Shown piece by piece: positions 59,047 through 64,000 of a stretch of 64,000 nt of DNA; within the stretch, counting starts at the first letter, position 1; each line of letters opens with the position of its first letter. The notes under the pieces are model-generated. The model did not search any database. It saw nothing but the letters and a program-made list of their open reading frames with translations, and was not told the DNA's origin. Source of the stretch: a virus; IMG/VR virus record IMGVR_UViG_3300038620_000134, positions 17,725 through 81,724 of that record. One strand, written 5' to 3'. The position numbers and the translations under genes were made by a program.

Positions 59047-59427
59047 ATGAAAAACAAACTTCCAACCTTTAACGAATTTATAAAAGAACAATGGAATTCA
59101 AATTTTCGGATTAATGAAAAAGAATCTCAATATACCAAAAAGTTTCATGATAAATATGGTGAACTTGATGGTGAAGGCAGTGGAAAAGATGCCTTTATAG
59201 AAGAAGTTGCGGAAAAAACACACGATAACCTAGGCGTTAATAAATCCGAACTTAAAGATGCTCTATCTGAAGTTTATGATAGGGGGCTGGCAGCCTATCA
59301 AACAAGCCATAGAAAAGGAACACAAGCAAATCAATGGGCAATAGCTCGCGTATATTCATTTATAGTAGATGGAAAAACCAGACAAAGAGCGGATTCTGAT
59401 TTGGCAGAAGAAATTGGTCTTGAGTAA
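59047..59427 (+). CDS. DUF5824-like protein with capsid-targeting N-terminus
   Basis: VYDRGLAAY.TSHR.G....QWA.ARVYSF; LPTFNEFIKE. Confidence 0.7.
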   Translation: MKNKLPTFNEFIKEQWNSNFRINEKESQYTKKFHDKYGELDGEGSGKDAFIEEVAEKTHDNLGVNKSELKDALSEVYDRGLAAYQTSHRKGTQANQWAIARVYSFIVDGKTRQRADSDLAEEIGLE

Positions 59428-59447
59428 TCACATAAAAAAATAGTCAA

Positions 59448-59996
59448 ATGGGTAATAGTAAAGGAAAAAAACACTACACTGTTTATCAAACTATCAATTT
59501 GTTAAACGGCAAAAAGTATATTGGAACCCATGTAACCGATAATCCATATGACGGTTATCTTGGATCGGGAAAACATCTTAAAAATGCCATAAAAAAATAT
59601 GGAAAAGAAAACTTCAAAAAAGAAGTGCTTTACGATTGTAAAGGTGAAGAAGAAATGTATGAAAAGGAAGCAAAATTAATAACAGAAGAAGTTGTCAAAG
59701 ATAAAATGTACTACAATAAACTTATAGGAGGAGATGCTCGCCACAAAATTGGATTTATAGCAAATTTGGGTTATTGGGGACTTAGAAATAAGTTTGATAG
59801 TGAATATGAGTATTCCGAACATATGAAAAAAATAGGACAGAATAGAAAAGTACAAAGTTCAAAAATAACAAAAGTTTGTTCAAACTGTAAAAAAGAATTT
59901 GAAACGGTAGATAACAAAAAGCAAAGAAACAAAAGGTTTTGTACGTTAAGTTGTTCATCTAAACATAGAGAAAAAACTAAAAAACAATCCAGTTAA
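59448..59996 (+). CDS. Free-standing GIY-YIG (Seg-like) homing endonuclease with C-terminal zinc finger
   Basis: VYQT.NL.NGKKYIG.H, YLGSG..LK.AIKKYG.ENF.KE, YYN; CxxC...FCxxSC. Confidence 0.9.
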   Translation: MGNSKGKKHYTVYQTINLLNGKKYIGTHVTDNPYDGYLGSGKHLKNAIKKYGKENFKKEVLYDCKGEEEMYEKEAKLITEEVVKDKMYYNKLIGGDARHKIGFIANLGYWGLRNKFDSEYEYSEHMKKIGQNRKVQSSKITKVCSNCKKEFETVDNKKQRNKRFCTLSCSSKHREKTKKQSS

Positions 59997-60043
59997 ACTA
60001 GAAGTTATATTTTTTAATTAAAATAAATAATAAAAAATATACA

Positions 60044-60733
60044 ATGGAAAAAAATATTAAAACATTTGACCAATTTATTAGTGAAAAACTTTATGGTTAT
60101 GATATTGATCTTAGTGAGTTACATGAAGGAATAAATGAGGCTCGCAAAGATAGTACAATGGTTGAATATACGATAAAAACTGTTAAGAAACAGGCAGATT
60201 CAATTATTGCTTTTATGAAAGGTGGAAAAGCTGGAAAAGTCAACAAATTAGCAAATAGATATGATAGAGTTAAAACACAACTTGACAAGTTAAAGAAAGA
60301 AAAGAAAGAACTGGAAGCAGAAATACGCGAATATGCAGATGAAAATTTTGATGAAGAAGATAAAGTTTTAACACGGGTAATGGAAACGAATGAAGTTGTT
60401 TTAAAAGTTTCCAAACAAAGTAAATCCAGAAAAGAAGATGTTGATTATGAAGCTATACTGGATAAACTTATAGAAATGCTTCCAGAACAAGAAGAAATGA
60501 TTGAGCAACTTCGAGAAGACTACACAACAATTAAAGAAACAACTAGAAAATCTCGAATCACTTATAAAACTGATAAAACCAAAGAAAGTTTATCAATTAA
60601 TGAAAAGAAAATAAAAGATTACATTAAAGATGCTATTAAAGGTCTTATTAACCAATTCAAAAAATGGTATAATAAAATGTTTAAAAAATATGATAAGCAT
60701 CTTGAAGAACTTAAAAACATTGTAAATAAATAA
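60044..60733 (+). CDS. Putative internal head coiled-coil protein
   Basis: IKTFDQFISE N-terminus, INE motifs. Confidence 0.75.
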   Translation: MEKNIKTFDQFISEKLYGYDIDLSELHEGINEARKDSTMVEYTIKTVKKQADSIIAFMKGGKAGKVNKLANRYDRVKTQLDKLKKEKKELEAEIREYADENFDEEDKVLTRVMETNEVVLKVSKQSKSRKEDVDYEAILDKLIEMLPEQEEMIEQLREDYTTIKETTRKSRITYKTDKTKESLSINEKKIKDYIKDAIKGLINQFKKWYNKMFKKYDKHLEELKNIVNK

Positions 60734-60743
60734 CTAAAAAACT

Positions 60744-61007
60744 ATGCCAAAGAATTACAAAGAGTGGTTAAAAGAAAACCACAACTCCAAAAACAGAGAA
60801 TTAGAAAGCAAACAAAGTTACGATAATTTGTTTAAAGAAATTTGTGAAGAGTTTTCAGTTAAACACCCTTCACAACTTACTATAAGTGATCATGAAAAGT
60901 TTTTGAAGAATTTATCTGATAGATGGCAAACCGAAAAAAATAGAATCTTTACTAAAAGCTATATAAAAAGAACGGATTCCATGACAGATGAAGTTATGGA
61001 TGACTAG
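60744..61007 (+). CDS. Hypothetical late protein
   Basis: KNYKEWLKE N-terminus. Confidence 0.7.
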   Translation: MPKNYKEWLKENHNSKNRELESKQSYDNLFKEICEEFSVKHPSQLTISDHEKFLKNLSDRWQTEKNRIFTKSYIKRTDSMTDEVMDD

Positions 61008-61386
61008 TTTTATATTAGTTAAAAATATAAACCAAAAAATGAAAAAAACAAGAAAAATAAGGAATAAACATTTACTAAAAGAAAATTCAACATCTAGCGG
61101 CGAACCTACTGGATTTAAAATTAAAATAACTTATAACCATAGTAAAGCTGAAGAAATGAATGCAAATATTTATGAAAAAATAAAAAGGGTTGTAAGTAAC
61201 ATTTCAAGTAAGCATGATGGATCATTTAGAGTTGAAAGTTATGAAAACGGTCAAATTATTTTTGACTTAAATTTTAGTAGTATTCAAGATTTTAGTTCAG
61301 CTATAATTAATGGTTGTTCACTTTTGGAAGAACAGGAAGTTAACTTTCAAGAAGTTGAAATGAAAAAAGGTTTTTGGATTTACTAA
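60988..61386 (+). CDS. Hypothetical protein
   Basis: FKI.ITY domain resembling the next gene; start possibly at MKKTRK. Confidence 0.65.
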   Translation: MKLWMTSFILVKNINQKMKKTRKIRNKHLLKENSTSSGEPTGFKIKITYNHSKAEEMNANIYEKIKRVVSNISSKHDGSFRVESYENGQIIFDLNFSSIQDFSSAIINGCSLLEEQEVNFQEVEMKKGFWIY

Positions 61387-61399
61387 AAAAAATACAATT

Positions 61400-61768
61400 A
61401 TGAATAAACACACTAAACTACAAGAAGGCAAAATTCCATCATTTACTGAATTTACTAAAATGAATGAAAATAAAGTTAGTGAAATGGATGAGGAAGAATC
61501 TGTAGTCTTTAAAATTACATTTGATGCAGATAACCATGATGAAATTGACGCTAGTGATATTGAAGATCAAGTAGAACGAATAGTTAACAAATACAAATCA
61601 GGTAATATAGATGTAAGTCTTGAGGCTGGTGGAAATAGTATAAAAATTATCCTTAATGGAAATGCGGATGATGTTTTAGACGCCCATGACGAAATTTCTG
61701 ATGAATTAACAGAATTAGAAAACGATTACGATGAAGTTGATTTTCAGTTTACAAATCCTAGCAACTAA
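61400..61768 (+). CDS. Acidic putative internal head protein
   Basis: IPSFTEF...NE near N-terminus. Confidence 0.7.
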   Translation: MNKHTKLQEGKIPSFTEFTKMNENKVSEMDEEESVVFKITFDADNHDEIDASDIEDQVERIVNKYKSGNIDVSLEAGGNSIKIILNGNADDVLDAHDEISDELTELENDYDEVDFQFTNPSN

Positions 61769-62604
61769 TTACTACTCCTGTTAATCCTAACACCACCAGT
61801 ATTTGACTTTTTAGTGGGTTGTTTCTTAACAACCCTTTTCTTATTTTTAGGATTCTCTTTTAAGGATTTGAAAAGATTACTTTTAACGGTTTCAAAAACT
61901 TTTGAATCTACGTAATCAATGACATGTTTAGAAGGTTGTTCTTGAACTAAATTAGAACTGATTTTATCAGGTTCTATTTTTTCAGGTTTTTTCGGTTCTG
62001 TATTGTTATCTGATCTGGCTTCACTTTCAATTTTTTCTTTTTCTTCATTAGAAGCACTTTCAATAGATACATCATTCGAGGATTCACTTGAATTATCCAA
62101 GTATTGGGTTAAAGACTTAAAGAAAGAAATACTGATAATTGGTATAGGAAGTCCAATTATTAAAGACAATATTGTTTGTATTTTTTCCTTTTCTAAATCT
62201 TTTACTAAAACCCCAAACATTTCTAAAATATTTTTATAAAGTGAATTAAAAGACTTTAACCACTCAGGATTTTCTTCAAGCATAACATCCATAAATCGAT
62301 AACTATCGTAAACATTACCGATTATCTGCATTAAAAAGATAACTATAAATATAAACCAAACTAGGTTCCTGTTTAGCTTATTTAATACAGCAAGTGCAAG
62401 CATTATTGAAAGTGAACCTATTTCAAAAGCAAGTGCAAGCATCAATGCAATCCAAACAGGATTACCCAGTTGAAATAAATGGTAAATGTGAAATGTTGAT
62501 ACAAAAGATGCAATTATAGGCACTGATAAAAAAGCAAAGACAATCAGTCCTTTACTCGTTTTTATAGAAAATAGATTTTTAAAGAAATTTGTTATTGTAT
62601 TCAT
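61765..62604 (-). CDS. Four-TM membrane protein with charged tail
   Basis: VSTFH...F...NP.W.A..LA.AFEIG...Q..GNVY. Confidence 0.8.
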   Translation of the reverse strand: MNTITNFFKNLFSIKTSKGLIVFAFLSVPIIASFVSTFHIYHLFQLGNPVWIALMLALAFEIGSLSIMLALAVLNKLNRNLVWFIFIVIFLMQIIGNVYDSYRFMDVMLEENPEWLKSFNSLYKNILEMFGVLVKDLEKEKIQTILSLIIGLPIPIISISFFKSLTQYLDNSSESSNDVSIESASNEEKEKIESEARSDNNTEPKKPEKIEPDKISSNLVQEQPSKHVIDYVDSKVFETVKSNLFKSLKENPKNKKRVVKKQPTKKSNTGGVRINRSSN

Positions 62605-62612
62605 ATGAAATT

Positions 62613-63002
62613 TTATTTAAGGGTTAGCAAATAGCTTACTTTACTAAGTAAATTTTGGGCTTCAAAAACAATATGCTCAATATCAGCGTCTTGCTTTTTG
62701 TCTAATATTCCCATATTCCAAATGTCTTCATTTAGAAACTTTATAGATGAATGTATAAAGTTTTGAAGGTTAGTATCATCATAATTTATGAGTTCAATTT
62801 TTCCAGTTCCTTGAAAATAAATTCTACCATATTTTCCTTGATAGGTTTCAATCAATCTATCAAAAATATCAACGAGACCCTCATACATTACTTGGAGTGC
62901 ATTGTGTTCAGCATAAGAATTTGTCTGTAAATGTAAAATATGTGCTTGATCTCGCATCCTAAGAATTTCTGTTAAAAGCATTTGGGAGTTATAGTTTTTC
63001 AT
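62613..63002 (-). CDS. Ferritin/Dps-like four-helix protein (DUF5856-like)
   Basis: HLQT.SYAEH.AL...YE.L....D.L.E.YQGKYGR, YLLTL. Confidence 0.85.
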   Translation of the reverse strand: MKNYNSQMLLTEILRMRDQAHILHLQTNSYAEHNALQVMYEGLVDIFDRLIETYQGKYGRIYFQGTGKIELINYDDTNLQNFIHSSIKFLNEDIWNMGILDKKQDADIEHIVFEAQNLLSKVSYLLTLK

Positions 63003-63357
63003 ATTTTTATTTTATTTATTTGGATTTATTAACTTTTTAATGTATTCTACAAGTTCATTTTGTGTTGATGTTTGATGAAAAAATCTAAAAGCTAAACCAG
63101 AATCTCCATGTTGGTTATATTGGTTAATATATCCTTGTAAAAATCCTGTCATAGACTGGCTTTTATAAAATTCTTTGTTTTCTTTTATTTTATTACTCGT
63201 TGTTTGAAAAAAATATTTTAATACAGCATCACTTTCATCATAGATTAGATTGGGTGTAAGAAATTTGTCTAAAGAAAGTTATTTTTTAAAAAAATCAACA
63301 AAGCCACATATTGAGTATATATTAAATTATAATGATTATAAAAACTATATAGACAAT

Positions 63358-63999
63358 CTAAAACTCTAAAGTTTTACTATTTTGTTTAATATAATCTAAA
63401 AAATTATTTTTATCTATTTCTAAACAAGTTGAATTAATATCTCCCTCACCAAAAAATAAGTAAAGTGATTTATTAACTTGTTCTACACCTGACAAATAAA
63501 GAATGTTTTTGCGTGAACCAGCTATAAAATCACTTCCACCACTAAACACAGGATAATTTGTATAATAAATTGGTGTTAAAGTTTCTAAATTTATAACAAT
63601 AAATCCGTGTTTATAATTACTATAAATATCACGCTTATGAAAAGGAAGTAATAGTTTGTTGTTTTCTAGTTTAATAGGAGAAGCAGAATTTGATACAATA
63701 CAATCCGTACTTGGTTCAAAATTAAAATTGGATAGTTCTATATTTTTAATTTGCTTCCAATCTTTTTTTATGTTATTAATGTTATTTACTTTTTTGTATA
63801 AAACAAATGGACTAACAGAATATATACAATACAATTCTTCATCATGTTGAAAAAATACCCAATTTTTTTCTGGAGTATTTTTACCATTTTTTCCTATAGA
63901 CGGAGTTCCCAAAAATTCTAATGTATAATCTTCTAGGTTAAATTTACTTAACCCCACATCTATAATAGTTTCATTATCTTTTTCATAAACAACTGTATG
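63358..63999 (-). CDS. Five-bladed beta-propeller glycosidase-like protein (GH130-like), 5' end beyond window
   Basis: EKNWVFF, YS..P, FH......Y..G, FGEGD; frame open to window end. Confidence 0.7.
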   Translation of the reverse strand, partial: HTVVYEKDNETIIDVGLSKFNLEDYTLEFLGTPSIGKNGKNTPEKNWVFFQHDEELYCIYSVSPFVLYKKVNNINNIKKDWKQIKNIELSNFNFEPSTDCIVSNSASPIKLENNKLLLPFHKRDIYSNYKHGFIVINLETLTPIYYTNYPVFSGGSDFIAGSRKNILYLSGVEQVNKSLYLFFGEGDINSTCLEIDKNNFLDYIKQNSKTLEF

Positions 64000-64000
64000 A

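Noticed and set aside
63010-63280. Open minus-strand stretch between the ferritin-like and glycosidase genes
   Set aside because: No convincing start except an internal ATG giving under 50 aa; not enough evidence to call.
1-64000. Stop-codon reassignment
   Set aside because: Long conserved genes are intact in the standard code, TAG and TGA end genes normally, and no suppressor tRNA is visible.

Overview
AT-rich segment of a T4-like jumbo myophage. The host is probably Bacteroidota or a related phylum, inferred from SD-less A-rich leaders, TAnnTTTG-like promoter elements and host-like genes. The left part (about 1-23.4 kb) is an early/accessory region: a tandem DGP-motif paralog cluster, an iteron-like divergent intergenic region, clamp loader, DNA methyltransferase, four tRNA genes (one cut by the window edge), a dNMP-kinase/HAD fusion, an SF2-like helicase, ParB and many small ORFs behind TTGACA-N17-TAnnnT promoters. 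The right part (about 23.5-64 kb) is mostly late/structural, with AATAAATA late promoters: UvsW helicase, gp5-like hub, amidoligase, tail sheath, tail-fiber-like protein, PhoH, holin-like protein, tape measure, GIY-YIG endonuclease and many proteins with T4-type capsid-targeting N-termini. The standout is a catalytically intact IS605-type TnpB (7060-8250) with no tnpA or cas genes in the window. Its omegaRNA right-end hairpin is followed by a CRISPR-like array of four 37-nt repeats that resemble that hairpin, and two of the spacers are antisense to the phage late-promoter motif. All protein assignments come from motif recognition by eye; no database search was run.
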